DNA of 64,000 bases, taken from positions 182-64,181 of the forward strand of contig JBGSYD010000037.1 in assembly GCA_041751055.1 (NCBI GenBank). The letters are read 5' to 3'. The notes below the pieces were generated by a model that worked only from the letters and a program-made list of their open reading frames with translations, did not search any database and was not told the origin of the DNA. Positions 37,469 to 47,224 of this stretch are shown here, in pieces (the stretch's first letter is position 1; each line of letters starts with the position of its first letter). The DNA comes from Acidimicrobiia bacterium. Lineage in GTDB: Bacteria; Actinomycetota; Acidimicrobiia; Spongiisociales; ZC4RG35. Position numbers and translations under genes: made by a program.

Positions 37469-37951
37469 GTGGATTCAATTAAGAAAAACCGCTACGAGAT
37501 CGACCTGACTTGCCGCCCCGCCCCTCGTCCCCTCTCCCCGGGGGTGAGGAACCTCGAGTGCCGTGATTTGCGACAGCTGGCCGAGCTGATGCTCGATGCC
37601 TATGCCGGCACGATCGACTCCGAAGGAGAGACTCTCGAGGACGCTATCGATGAAGTTGGGGCCTATTTCGGTGCGGAGCCTCTACTGCGACACTCGTTCC
37701 TGCTGGAGAGAGATGGCTCCATCCTTGCTGCGGTACTGGTCTCCTTCCAAGAACGCAATCCGTTCATTCCGTACGTGATCACAGCCCCAAAACACAAGAA
37801 TCAGGGACTCGCCGCTTCTATCACATCGTCCGCTCTCGACAGCCTGAAGACGGCAGGATTCTCGACTGCGGTCCTGTTTATTACCGACGGGAACGCGCCA
37901 TCGGAAGCCCTATTCGCCAAGCTGGGTGCGAAAAGGGTCAGAACTCCTTAG
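37469..37951 (+). CDS. GNAT family N-acetyltransferase
   Basis: 160 aa; acetyl-CoA binding-like motif (KNQGLAASITSSALDSLKTAG). The 3' end overlaps the convergent PhoH2 gene by 4 nt. Confidence 0.65.
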   Translation: MDSIKKNRYEIDLTCRPAPRPLSPGVRNLECRDLRQLAELMLDAYAGTIDSEGETLEDAIDEVGAYFGAEPLLRHSFLLERDGSILAAVLVSFQERNPFIPYVITAPKHKNQGLAASITSSALDSLKTAGFSTAVLFITDGNAPSEALFAKLGAKRVRTP

Positions 37952-39312
37952 AGAATGGTCGCCGCCATCTCGGCGAGAGGTGATCGCACCGAACGTACGA
38001 GGGTTACATGGCCAAATAGTGGAGAGCCCTTGAACTTCTCGATCAATGCGGCCATCCCACCAAACGGCGAGATGTACGGATTGTCGACCTGTGAGAGATC
38101 CCCACAGAACACCACCTTGGAATCACGGGACATCCTGGTCAGGATGACCTTGAGGGTCGATAACTCGAGGTTCTGGGCCTCATCGATGATCACGAACTCT
38201 CCGGTGATCGAGCGGCCCCGCAGGTAGGTGACCGCGGCCATCTCTAGTTCGTTTCGATCCAGCAACTCTTCAATTGCATCGCGGGCGCCGTCGACACCGG
38301 CATCCGAAAACAGCGCAAAGAGGTTGTCGTGGACCGCCGCCATCCACGGAGCAAGCTTCTCCCCCAGGTCTCCGGGCAGGAAGCCAACCTCCTGACGGCC
38401 GACCGCCACCAGCGGACGGTAGACAGAGACCTTGCGGTATCTGCCCTGCTCCAGCACCTGCTCCAGAGCAGCAGCCAGGGCCAGAAAGGTCTTGCCGGTG
38501 CCTGCCATCCCCATCATCGAGACCGCCGGTATGTCGGGATCGAGGAGTTGGTGCAAGGCAACGGTTTGTCTCAAATTCTTGGGCTCGACTCCGAACGCGC
38601 GTGCGTGGGTGGGGACTCGCTCGACCACGAGCGTCGGCTCTGACTGGATCACACGAGCCAGGGCCGACCGTGAGGCACCTTCACGCAGGACGACGAACTG
38701 ATTGATCAATGCCTCGACACCGGAGAGCTCGATCTTTCCCTCCTCGAACAGCCGATCAATCACGGCTCCGTTCGTGCGATGTTCGACAACACCTGAATGG
38801 AGTTGTTCGACCGGAACCGTGTCAGCGCGGTAGTCCTGGACCGGCACGCCGAGTTGGGCACACTTGATCCGAAGAGCGGCGTCTTTGGTCACGAGCACAG
38901 GAGCGTGCTCACCCGGGATGTTCAAACAGGTCGCAAGTATCCGGTGGTCTGGGGTATTTGGGTCCAGTGCCTGAGGCAACCGATCGGATGTAATGCCGTT
39001 GAGCTCGATCCGGAGAGATCCCCCACCGGGAAGGCTTACCGGTTCACGAAGGCCACCATCGCGGGATGCGCCCAGTTCCTCAAGCAACCTGATCGCGGCC
39101 CTGGCGTTGGCGCCGACCTCGTCCATTCTGGTCTTCTTGCGGTCCAGTTCTTCGACCACCACAAGAGGGATGACGACATCGTGTTCATCAAATCGGAGAG
39201 CGGATCGTGGGTCAGCGAGTAGGACACATGTATCGAGGACGTAGGTGTTTGACACCGGTGCGGTCTCCTTTGATGCTGTCGCCAAGGGACACAGCTTCCC
39301 TGGTCTGACCAA
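37948..39312 (-). CDS. PIN-domain / PhoH-like ATPase fusion protein (PhoH2/YlaK family)
   Basis: N-terminal PIN (YVLDTCVLLADP...VVIPLVVVEELD) and C-terminal PhoH P-loop ATPase (MMGMAGTGKTFLALAAA). Confidence 0.85.
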   Translation of the reverse strand: MVRPGKLCPLATASKETAPVSNTYVLDTCVLLADPRSALRFDEHDVVIPLVVVEELDRKKTRMDEVGANARAAIRLLEELGASRDGGLREPVSLPGGGSLRIELNGITSDRLPQALDPNTPDHRILATCLNIPGEHAPVLVTKDAALRIKCAQLGVPVQDYRADTVPVEQLHSGVVEHRTNGAVIDRLFEEGKIELSGVEALINQFVVLREGASRSALARVIQSEPTLVVERVPTHARAFGVEPKNLRQTVALHQLLDPDIPAVSMMGMAGTGKTFLALAAALEQVLEQGRYRKVSVYRPLVAVGRQEVGFLPGDLGEKLAPWMAAVHDNLFALFSDAGVDGARDAIEELLDRNELEMAAVTYLRGRSITGEFVIIDEAQNLELSTLKVILTRMSRDSKVVFCGDLSQVDNPYISPFGGMAALIEKFKGSPLFGHVTLVRSVRSPLAEMAATIL

Positions 39313-39397
39313 GAATTACAAGCATCGTATTTAGATTTGCTGACGGGGACCGTGCGAATTCCGGATGGCCCTGTATCGAATGCGCGAACGGACTGAC

Positions 39398-39823
39398 TCA
39401 CACAATGATGCGAAACACCGGGTGCGGAAGCACCTCTTCCTTGAAGTCAGCAGCAGCCGGTTTGGGGCCCACATCGAAATAGGGCCTCGTGATCTTTTCC
39501 CGGGTCCAGTAGGCAAGTAGCAGCTTTGCGGCTTGTCCCTGCTTCAACTCCATCAGCCGCACGCTCCGGTCCTGGCGACCCTGTCTGATTCGGACCACGG
39601 GGTCGGCGCGCGCGTTCTTGACCCACACAACCTCACCGTACGGGCTCACCAAGTAACCGACTCCGTCGATATCGAGCGGCGATACCGGCACCGACCGAGG
39701 TTCCCTACTCACACGACCTGTAGTGGTGAGCACGACTTGGGCCCCTAACCCCCGACGCGCCAGCCACATCGTGAATCCGTTCACCGCTCTCCGGGCAGGC
39801 GTCATCTGGTAATGCTGTGCCAT
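39398..39823 (-). CDS. deazaflavin (F420)-dependent nitroreductase-family protein (DUF385)
   Basis: 141 aa; VVLTTTGRVSREPRSVPVSP...GYLVSPYGEVVWVKNARADPVVRIRQG matches the DUF385/Ddn-like split-barrel pattern. Confidence 0.65.
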   Translation of the reverse strand: MAQHYQMTPARRAVNGFTMWLARRGLGAQVVLTTTGRVSREPRSVPVSPLDIDGVGYLVSPYGEVVWVKNARADPVVRIRQGRQDRSVRLMELKQGQAAKLLLAYWTREKITRPYFDVGPKPAAADFKEEVLPHPVFRIIV

Positions 39824-39852
39824 GGCCCGAATCTAGCCTGCTAGCTCGACAG

Positions 39853-41580
39853 CTACTTTCGAGCTTCCACCCAGGTCATGAAGTCATCGAAGGAGCGCGC
39901 GTTGAGGACCCGGTCGGTGGTAACCCAACCGCGCCGTGCGTAATCGACGCCGTAGTCCATCCGAATCAGGTCTCTCGGATGGTGCGAGTCCGTGTCGATC
40001 ACGAAATTCACGTCGGCGGCCATTGCCTGACGCGCGACTTCGGCTGTGGCGTCCAGCCGGTCGAGCGCACCGTTGATCTCCAATGCGACCCCCGTCACCG
40101 CCAGAGCCTCGACCACAACGTCGATGTCCAGTTCCACACCGGGCCTTCGTCCCACATATCGCCCGCTCAAATGGCCAATTGCGCTGACGGAGCGATCCTG
40201 GAGCGCGATGAGGATCCGAGATGTCTGTCTGTCTTTGCTCATGTCGAAGTGTGAGTGAATGCTTGCCACTGTGTAGTCGAACTCGCGACGGAACTCGGTG
40301 TCGTAGTCGAGTTCCCCGTTGGGACCAATGTTGAGCTCGCATCCGAAGAGAAGTCGGATTTCTGGATACCGCTTCTCGAGAGATCTGATCTGATCCCGAT
40401 GTGCAAGCATTTCGGCGCGGGTGGAACCGTTGATTGCAAGGTCTTGTCCATGGTCGGTAAACGCCACGTACTCGTATCCCTTGGATATGGCCGCCTCGAT
40501 CATGTCCTCGAGCGTTGCCCTGCCGTCGCCTGATCGATCAGAGTGGTAGTGCAGGTCGCCTTTGATCTGGTCACGCTGGATTAGCTCAGGAAGATCGCCT
40601 GCCGCTGCCAATTCGACCTCACCTGAGCCTTCTCTGACTTCTGGTGGAACCCACGACATCTCCAACTTCGAATAAATCTCGGCTTCTGTTGTCGAGGCAA
40701 TCTTGTTGTCGCCATCGAACAACCCGTATTCGCTCAGCAGCCACCCCCGATCGATCGCTCGTTGGCGCAATGCGATGTTGTGCGCTTTCGACCCGGTGAA
40801 ATAGAGAAGTGCTGAACCAAGTTGGTCGGGCGCAACCGTGCGCACATCGACCTGAAGTCCCTCCCTCGTGACGATGGAAGTCTTGGTATCCCCCGACCCG
40901 ACGACCTCGCTTACCTCGGACCAATCGCGCACAGCATCGTGGACAAGGACCGGTTTTGTCGTCGCGACAACGAGGTCGATATCCCCGATTGATTCGGCGA
41001 ATCGACGAACCGAACCACAGGGCACGACCTCAGTGACACCAACCACCCCGTTGAGCCGGGCCACAAATAGACGCGCCAGAGGCATCGCTTCATACAGGGG
41101 CGTTCGACGGTCTTTCCCATGAAGTCCGAGACGCTCGATTGCCTTCTTGATCTTGTCTTCGGAGATGCGCCCGAGACCGGGTAGATCTCTCAGCCGCTCG
41201 TTGTCGATGGCCTCTTTGAGATCGTCGAGGCTCTCAACACCTAGCTCGCTCCGAATGGTCTTCAGGGTTTTGGGACCGAGGCCGGGGATCTTTGTCAGTT
41301 CGACAAACGACGGCGGATACTTCTCCCGGAGAGTTTCCAGCTTGCCGATCTTCCCTGAGACGACGAACTCGAGAATCTTGTCAGCGGTTGATCCCCCGAC
41401 GCCTTTGATGGAGACAAGCTCGTTCTTACCTGCTGCTGACAGGTCGCCCTTGTAACCCTCGATCCCGTGGATCGCCGACTCATACGCCCGAACCCGGAAC
41501 GCCTGCGGACTGCCTTCTTCCAGGGCAGTAAGTCGTGCCAACTCGGCGAGAGTGCGGATTATCTCTGAACGGGTGACCAT
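39853..41580 (-). CDS. polX: DNA polymerase/3'-5' exonuclease PolX (Pol-beta-like plus PHP domain)
   Basis: 575 aa; N-terminal HhH and pol-beta nucleotidyltransferase region (GSVRRFAESIGDIDLVV), C-terminal PHP phosphoesterase with His-rich motifs (HYHSDRSGDG, HSHFDMSKD). Confidence 0.85.
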   Translation of the reverse strand: MVTRSEIIRTLAELARLTALEEGSPQAFRVRAYESAIHGIEGYKGDLSAAGKNELVSIKGVGGSTADKILEFVVSGKIGKLETLREKYPPSFVELTKIPGLGPKTLKTIRSELGVESLDDLKEAIDNERLRDLPGLGRISEDKIKKAIERLGLHGKDRRTPLYEAMPLARLFVARLNGVVGVTEVVPCGSVRRFAESIGDIDLVVATTKPVLVHDAVRDWSEVSEVVGSGDTKTSIVTREGLQVDVRTVAPDQLGSALLYFTGSKAHNIALRQRAIDRGWLLSEYGLFDGDNKIASTTEAEIYSKLEMSWVPPEVREGSGEVELAAAGDLPELIQRDQIKGDLHYHSDRSGDGRATLEDMIEAAISKGYEYVAFTDHGQDLAINGSTRAEMLAHRDQIRSLEKRYPEIRLLFGCELNIGPNGELDYDTEFRREFDYTVASIHSHFDMSKDRQTSRILIALQDRSVSAIGHLSGRYVGRRPGVELDIDVVVEALAVTGVALEINGALDRLDATAEVARQAMAADVNFVIDTDSHHPRDLIRMDYGVDYARRGWVTTDRVLNARSFDDFMTWVEARK

Positions 41581-41604
41581 TAATCCCGATGGTATATGGC
41601 TCCG

Positions 41605-41991
41605 TCATCGACCTAGCCACAGAGCGGGATCAAATTCAGCATTGGCACCGGCCCATATCGGAATCACTCCAAAGACCGGGACCGGCACCTTCATCTCGAC
41701 GATCACCCTGACTTGCCTGACTGACAATGTGCGGTCGATGGGGCAATGACATTCGGTCAATGTGGCACCATTCATTCGGGCATAGCGCTTTGCCTCGGAG
41801 ACAGGGTCGCCGGCCCCCGCTGCGGGATAGGTGCCGACGGCCGCTGCCAGTGCAGCCGCATCTGCCGCAGTGCTGGCGTGGACGCGGGCACCGTAGAGAG
41901 ATGCCAGTGCACCAAGGGCGATCATGGCGACTCCTACCAAGACCGCCAACGCCATGATCACCACTGCGGCGCCTCCTCGATCGGACCTCAC
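41605..41991 (-). CDS. TadE/TadG-like pilus-assembly (pseudopilin-like) protein
   Basis: 128 aa; N-terminal hydrophobic segment GGAAVVIMALAVLVGVAMIAL; position downstream of flp and the TadE-like gene in the tad locus. Confidence 0.45.
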   Translation of the reverse strand: MRSDRGGAAVVIMALAVLVGVAMIALGALASLYGARVHASTAADAAALAAAVGTYPAAGAGDPVSEAKRYARMNGATLTECHCPIDRTLSVRQVRVIVEMKVPVPVFGVIPIWAGANAEFDPALWLGR

Positions 41992-42353
41992 TTCTCTGTG
42001 CGCATGACGGCGCGTGCTGTGATGTCAAACGCCAGATCCGGGAGCATCAACAACCTCACGGTGTGACGTATCGACGCAGTCACGGATGTCACCTGGCCGG
42101 GAAGAGCGGGACGGGTGACACTGATCGAAGTCAGTGCCGCCTTTTCTGGATCGAGCGCGGCCTCAACCGCCGCTACCGCCAATGCCGGATCTGGCGTCGT
42201 CGCGGCCACCCGTACACCTTCGCGAACCGCACCCTGCAGCTCAACTCTGACCTGGACCGCCGCTACAACTTGAAGGCCGGCAAGCAGCACGATGAAAACG
42301 ATCGGGAGCATGAGGAAGAACTCCACTGTGACCGTTCCTTTGTCACTCAGAAC
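41988..42353 (-). CDS. TadE-like protein
   Basis: GTVTVEFFLMLPIVFIVLLAGLQV TadE N-terminal signature. Start inferred as a GTG near 42353; the longer track ORF would overlap the flp gene. Confidence 0.55.
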   Translation of the reverse strand, partial: VLSDKGTVTVEFFLMLPIVFIVLLAGLQVVAAVQVRVELQGAVREGVRVAATTPDPALAVAAVEAALDPEKAALTSISVTRPALPGQVTSVTASIRHTVRLLMLPDLAFDITARAVMRTEK

Positions 42354-42541
42354 TTGCCGACTACCCAGGAGATCACTTTTCCGAAGAGGCCGCCGAGCAG
42401 CCCACCGCCACTTCCGGACTGGAGCCAGTTCAGCCCAATGATCGCCAACGCCGTTGCGGCGAGAATCACCAGAAAGTATTCCACTGTCCCCTGGCCCTCC
42501 TCTCGAGACATACCTGTCACTAGTTTCATCCAAATGCTCAT
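42347..42541 (-). CDS. flp: Flp family type IVb pilin
   Basis: 64 aa; EGQGTVEYFLVILAATALAIIGL matches the Flp motif (G/xxxxEY followed by a hydrophobic helix). Confidence 0.75.
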   Translation of the reverse strand: MSIWMKLVTGMSREEGQGTVEYFLVILAATALAIIGLNWLQSGSGGGLLGGLFGKVISWVVGKF

Positions 42542-42594
42542 CGCACACTCCTTTCAAAGCCGACGACCGGCCGGTAACGGGGGGAAGTGTTGGA

Positions 42595-43131
42595 TCAGTC
42601 AAAAGGCACCACTACATCGTTGAGTAGGGAAACCAATGTGGGCCCGTATCCGAAGAGCACGACACCCGGCAGGATCAGGAGCGTTAGCGGAATCATCAGT
42701 CGCACCGGGAGCGCTTTCGTGCTTGCCAGACGTCTTGCCCTTTCTCTCGCCAAATCAGATTCGAGCATCCGCCGTACCGCTTCAGCCGCAGACGAACCGG
42801 AAAGCTGGGCCCGGGCAAGTTGTGTCATCAGAATGAGAAGATTCCCCGAACAGACATCAAGCGCCCGATGGATACCCGAAACTGTTGCGACATTCACCAC
42901 ACGTTGCAGATCGGTGTCGTCGTCGAAATAGTCCGATACCAACCGCAATGCGGAAAGAACCGACTGTCCGGCCCGCAACTCCACAAGGAGCAGCATCAAC
43001 AGAGGTCTGAGCGGGGTGGAGTGTGGCTTGCGACGCTTCATCCGTTTGCCAACGCTGACGATGACCACGAGGCCAGCGCCAACAGGTCCGATCACGATCC
43101 AGGCCGCAGCGGCGGCTCCGAGCAATGTCAT
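42595..43131 (-). CDS. tadC: type II secretion system F-family protein (TadC-like)
   Basis: 178 aa membrane protein with T2SS-F-like helices; follows tadB with a 4-nt overlap. Confidence 0.7.
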   Translation of the reverse strand: MTLLGAAAAAWIVIGPVGAGLVVIVSVGKRMKRRKPHSTPLRPLLMLLLVELRAGQSVLSALRLVSDYFDDDTDLQRVVNVATVSGIHRALDVCSGNLLILMTQLARAQLSGSSAAEAVRRMLESDLARERARRLASTKALPVRLMIPLTLLILPGVVLFGYGPTLVSLLNDVVVPFD

Positions 43132-43772
43132 CGCGATCGCCTCACCATGACAATCGAGATCACTATTCCGAGGCTCATGACTGTGAGGCCCGCCCCTGCC
43201 ATGAGACCCGACCCGGGCTGACTCAACAACGTCGCCAGGTTGCCGCTTCGAATCTGGTATCCGACAAAGATGACCGGAAGTCCGATCAACACCATGGCTG
43301 ATGCGCGTGCCGACGCCGTCGCGACCCGCACCTCCTCCTCAGCTTCGACCTGGGCCAGGGCCAGGTCGCCCACCTCCTCGAACAAGGCGCTCGAATCGGC
43401 GCCGGACTCGGCGACCGATGCGATCAATACCGCCAACTCCGACCCAACCTCGGGGAACGACCGGTGGAATGAGGGAAGGGCGTCATCCCACCGGCACCCT
43501 GATTCGACCATGGCGGCTAGTTCGTTTTCTCCTACAACGATGGCGGCATCGCCGATCGCAGACCGCAACGAGGATCCAACACGCAAGCCACGCGCCACGG
43601 ACTGGCAGAAAACCGCACTCCTGGTGTTGGTGCCCGATCGACTTCTCACCGCATGCATTGCAAACGCGCCCAGGGCGACGAACGGAAAAAGGACTGAGCC
43701 GGTCAGAATTGCCACAACCCGCCAGTCGAGGCCGACGACGATTGCGAGAGAAACCAGTATCGCCTCAGTCAA
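43128..43772 (-). CDS. tadB: type II secretion system F-family protein (TadB-like)
   Basis: 214 aa membrane protein; follows cpaF with an 8-nt overlap. Confidence 0.7.
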   Translation of the reverse strand: MTEAILVSLAIVVGLDWRVVAILTGSVLFPFVALGAFAMHAVRSRSGTNTRSAVFCQSVARGLRVGSSLRSAIGDAAIVVGENELAAMVESGCRWDDALPSFHRSFPEVGSELAVLIASVAESGADSSALFEEVGDLALAQVEAEEEVRVATASARASAMVLIGLPVIFVGYQIRSGNLATLLSQPGSGLMAGAGLTVMSLGIVISIVMVRRSR

Positions 43773-44870
43773 GGTCGACCTCCGCCACAGCTTGGTCGGG
43801 TTTGACCGAGCTGATCGCCGTGATTGAGCGTTGTCCCTCCACTCGAGTCATCTGCACGACTAGATCGATCGCGGAGTAGAGCTGACGGGTGACCGCTGCA
43901 GGCGAAGCGGCCCCGTCCAACAGGGCCAGAGTCTCAAGGCGCCACATCGCCTCCTGGGGCGAGTTGGCATGAATGGTCGACAGGGACCCCCGGTGACCGG
44001 TGTTCAGCGCGGTCAGGAGGTCCAAAGCTTCCGGACCCCGAACCTCACCGAGAATGATCCGATCGGGTCTCAACCTCAGAGCCGATCGCAGCAATTGGCG
44101 AATCGTTATCGCACCGGCCCCTTCCGCGTTGGGCGGCCGGGCCTCGAGGCGCACCACATGACCGACGAAGCTGAGCTCAGCGGCATCTTCGACGGTAACG
44201 ATGCGCTCCTCACCCGGAATGAGCTCGGCCAAAAGGTTCAAGAGCGTGGTCTTGCCTGCGCCTGTACCGCCCGACACGACTACCGTCTTACGATCCTGGA
44301 TCGCCCGTGTCAGGAAGTCCACCTGACTCGACGTGGCACAGCCAGAATCTACGAGCTGATCGAACGAATGGATCGCCCTGGTGAATCGTCTGATCGCAAC
44401 CACTGGATGATCGACGGCGGCGGGCGGAATCGCTGCGTGGAACCGAGACCCGTCAGGTAGACGTGCGTCCACCATTGGCGACGATCTGTCGACCCGAAGG
44501 CCCTGAAGCGAAATTACCCGGTCGATCGTGGCGAGCAGGTCGGACGAATCGTCGAAGCAAATTGCGGTCAGTTCGAGATTTCCTCGCCGCTCGACCCAGA
44601 CTTCGGTTGGTCCGTTTATCAGGATATCCGTCACATCATCGTCGCCGATGAGGGACCCAATCGGCCCAAGCCCCATGACACGATCTACAACGAGGTCGAC
44701 GGTGTTGCCCGGTGCAAGGGGCGCCTCGAGGGCCAACAGGCGACGAGCCTCGGAGCGTACCGCTGCAGGGTGCGCGATCGTTCCTTGCTCTGCCACGAGA
44801 CGGGCAACCCGGTCGGTCACGCCCACGGCATCTCCCAAACAGCCTTCCAGGATCGAATCCAGGACCGGGC
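43765..44870 (-). CDS. cpaF: CpaF/TadA family secretion ATPase
   Basis: [15 protein letters not shown] Walker A, Asp box, His box (T2SS/T4SS VirB11-like ATPase). The N-terminal 35 codons of the track ORF (to 44976) look non-coding, so the start is placed near 44870 (approximate). Confidence 0.88.
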
Positions 44871-45398
44871 CACTGGCCGCCGAAGATGGAGCAACTGGCG
44901 AACTGCCAGCGCAGATATTCGGGGCAGGACGGGACCGGGACCGGGTGGACGAGACCACGAATGCAACGGTTGCCAAACAGCAGGCGAATCGTCGTTATAT
45001 GCCAACACACCGGGGTAGAGCGGCCGGTAGGTTACGGTGGCCGCCGTCCTGGACGATCGCTCGCCCCTAAGAACCAGCGCCGGCCAGCTCCTCTCCAGAA
45101 CCCCGACTACCGATTGGACTTCTGCTGGAGTCAGCTCGCCTCCCGAAATGATCGCAACACCGGTCCTCGTCGGACTGAGGTCGCGAAGCCGTGGGCCATC
45201 GGTGAAAAGCTCCGACAAAGAGCGCTCCCCATGGCGGGAGGGTCCAACAAAGTCGATTACGAGTGCGGTGCCGGCAACCAGGGCCAGCCCCATCGCCCCT
45301 ATCCAGGACAGAACCGGGTCCTCTGAATCCAATCCGAGCATAAGTGCTCTCCCACTCCCCATCTTTCGGAACCTACGAGCGGACGGGTTCGTTAACAA
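44817..45398 (-). CDS. hypothetical protein at head of tad locus (occupies the CpaE/Ssd position)
   Basis: 193-aa ORF; the N-terminal 120 aa look coding (hydrophobic segment WIGAMGLALVAGTALVIDF). The C-terminal part overlaps cpaF and looks like frame noise, so the true 3' end is uncertain. Confidence 0.3.
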   Translation of the reverse strand: MLTNPSARRFRKMGSGRALMLGLDSEDPVLSWIGAMGLALVAGTALVIDFVGPSRHGERSLSELFTDGPRLRDLSPTRTGVAIISGGELTPAEVQSVVGVLERSWPALVLRGERSSRTAATVTYRPLYPGVLAYNDDSPAVWQPLHSWSRPPGPGPVLPRISALAVRQLLHLRRPVARSWIRSWKAVWEMPWA

Positions 45399-45429
45399 GA
45401 GGGTTGAGTGCCCTTTTCGCTAACTTGCC

Positions 45430-46215
45430 ATGGAGATGACCGAAGCCGCCTTTTTCGACCTCGACAAGACGATCATCGCCAAGTCGTCGACCCTGGCCTT
45501 CACGAGACCTTTGTACAAGGCAGGTCTTCTGAACCGGCGGACCCTGGCTAAGGCGGGAATAGCCCAGGCGTATTACCAGGTCTTCGGCGCCGACCACGAC
45601 CAACTCGAGAAGGTCAAGTCCGAATTGTCGAGTCTGACCAGCGGCTGGGATCAGGCCGAGGTAGTCAGCCTGGTCGAGGAAACCGTGGCGTCAATCGTTC
45701 CACCACTCGTCTTCGCCGAAGCCCTCGCCATCATCGACGATCATCGAGGCAAGGGTCGAAGAGTGGTTGTCGTTTCGTCGAGCCCCGATGAGATCGTCAG
45801 ACCTTTGTGTCGATACCTTGCAATCGATGATGTGATCGCAACGCGTTCCGAGATCGGGCCAGATGGGAAATACACCGGCGAGATCAGTCTGTATGCCTAT
45901 GGCCCGGGTAAAGCCGGCGCGATTCGGGAGATGGCGAACGACGACGGCATCGACCTCGCCGCTAGTTACGCGTACAGCGATTCGGTCACCGATGTTCCGA
46001 TGTTGGAACTGGTGGGTCACCCCGTTGCTGTCAACCCCGATTCGGGCCTGCGAGAAGTGGCGGAGGAGAGAGGCTGGGAAATCAGAAAATTCGACTCACC
46101 GATCTCTATCAGGGATCGCATCAGCGAGAACAAGGTTCCGGGCGCAGCATTCGCAGGTGGAGTTGCCGCGCTGGTCACCTATTGGGCTCTCCGCGGTCGT
46201 AGGAGCTCTCGATAA
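45430..46215 (+). CDS. HAD-IB family hydrolase (SerB-like)
   Basis: FFDLDKTII motif I, later HAD motifs (GKAGAIREMA..., YAYSDSVTDVPML). Confidence 0.8.
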   Translation: MEMTEAAFFDLDKTIIAKSSTLAFTRPLYKAGLLNRRTLAKAGIAQAYYQVFGADHDQLEKVKSELSSLTSGWDQAEVVSLVEETVASIVPPLVFAEALAIIDDHRGKGRRVVVVSSSPDEIVRPLCRYLAIDDVIATRSEIGPDGKYTGEISLYAYGPGKAGAIREMANDDGIDLAASYAYSDSVTDVPMLELVGHPVAVNPDSGLREVAEERGWEIRKFDSPISIRDRISENKVPGAAFAGGVAALVTYWALRGRRSSR

Positions 46216-46547
46216 CGGTCCAATCGAATCCCGCAGATGGGACGTCGTTCAGCAAATCGGAGATCGGATTCGACCTGGCCAGTAAGGCGAGTACCGCCTC
46301 ACGGGACAATGAATAGGCCAGCACTTCCCACACGCCGTCGCGATTGAGTGACTCCTGTATTCGTCCGACGGCCATTTGCTTCAACGCGTCAGTGGGCGCT
46401 GCGACGACCAGCACTGCATCGGCGTTCGCCGCGACAGGATCGATATCGACGGATTGCCCATCGGGCCCTACCTCAAAACGAGGAGCGTTGCTCGCAGCGA
46501 AGCTTTCGAGTTGGTCGCGCTGATCCACAGGACAAAAGTAGCCTGCT

Positions 46548-47189
46548 GTGATGAATGCCCGCTCGATGATCGTCGTCGCCGGTGGATCCTCCCACCGCTT
46601 CGGCAGCGACAAACTGATGGTCGAGGTCAACGGGCGGCCTCTGATCGCACACACCCTCGCCACAATCGGCCCGCTCGTCGACGAATGCACGTTGGTCATC
46701 CGGGAGGATCAGGTAGACAAACTCAGCGGCCTGGACGCCGGTGTGAACGTCGTGGTTGGCGGATCAACCAGGACCCAGAGCGAGATTGCAGGCTTGATGG
46801 CTGCGTCTCCGAGCGCGCTGATCGGGATCCACGATGGCGCCAGGCCGGTGCCTGCCCAACCCATGATGGAAAGGCTCTTCGACGCCGCCGCAGAGTTTGG
46901 CGGCGCCGTTCCGGGATTGCCCACGCGTGGGATCTTTGTGGACCGTCGCGATCTCGGCCGGCTCGGGGGCGTGGTACGAGTTCAGACTCCCCAGGTTTTC
47001 TGGGGACCGGAGCTGAGAGCGGCATATCTCGCCGCCGCCAAGCAGGGATTTGAAGGGCAGGACACGGCTGAAGTGGCACACAACTTCACCAACCTCGAGA
47101 TCGTGATGGTTGAGGGTGATCCGGCCAACATCAAGGTGACCTACCCCGAAGATCTCCAACTCGTATTGGACCGCCTCGGCGGCGGATAA
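46548..47189 (+). CDS. ispD: 2-C-methyl-D-erythritol 4-phosphate cytidylyltransferase
   Basis: SMIVVAGGSSHRFGSDKLMVEVNGRPLIAHTL N-terminal IspD signature; 213 aa; not adjacent to ispF in this genome. Confidence 0.85.
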   Translation: MMNARSMIVVAGGSSHRFGSDKLMVEVNGRPLIAHTLATIGPLVDECTLVIREDQVDKLSGLDAGVNVVVGGSTRTQSEIAGLMAASPSALIGIHDGARPVPAQPMMERLFDAAAEFGGAVPGLPTRGIFVDRRDLGRLGGVVRVQTPQVFWGPELRAAYLAAAKQGFEGQDTAEVAHNFTNLEIVMVEGDPANIKVTYPEDLQLVLDRLGGG

Positions 47190-47224
47190 CCGGAGCTTCG
47201 CCAACACGCTCTTCGTCCAATAGC

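Noticed and set aside
46175-46699. 174-aa minus-strand ORF between HAD and ispD, overlapping the ispD start
   Set aside because: Its N-terminal half overlaps the well-supported ispD N-terminus. Only the last 67 codons (46175-46378) are non-overlapping and they have no motif; kept only as a note under the ispD finding.
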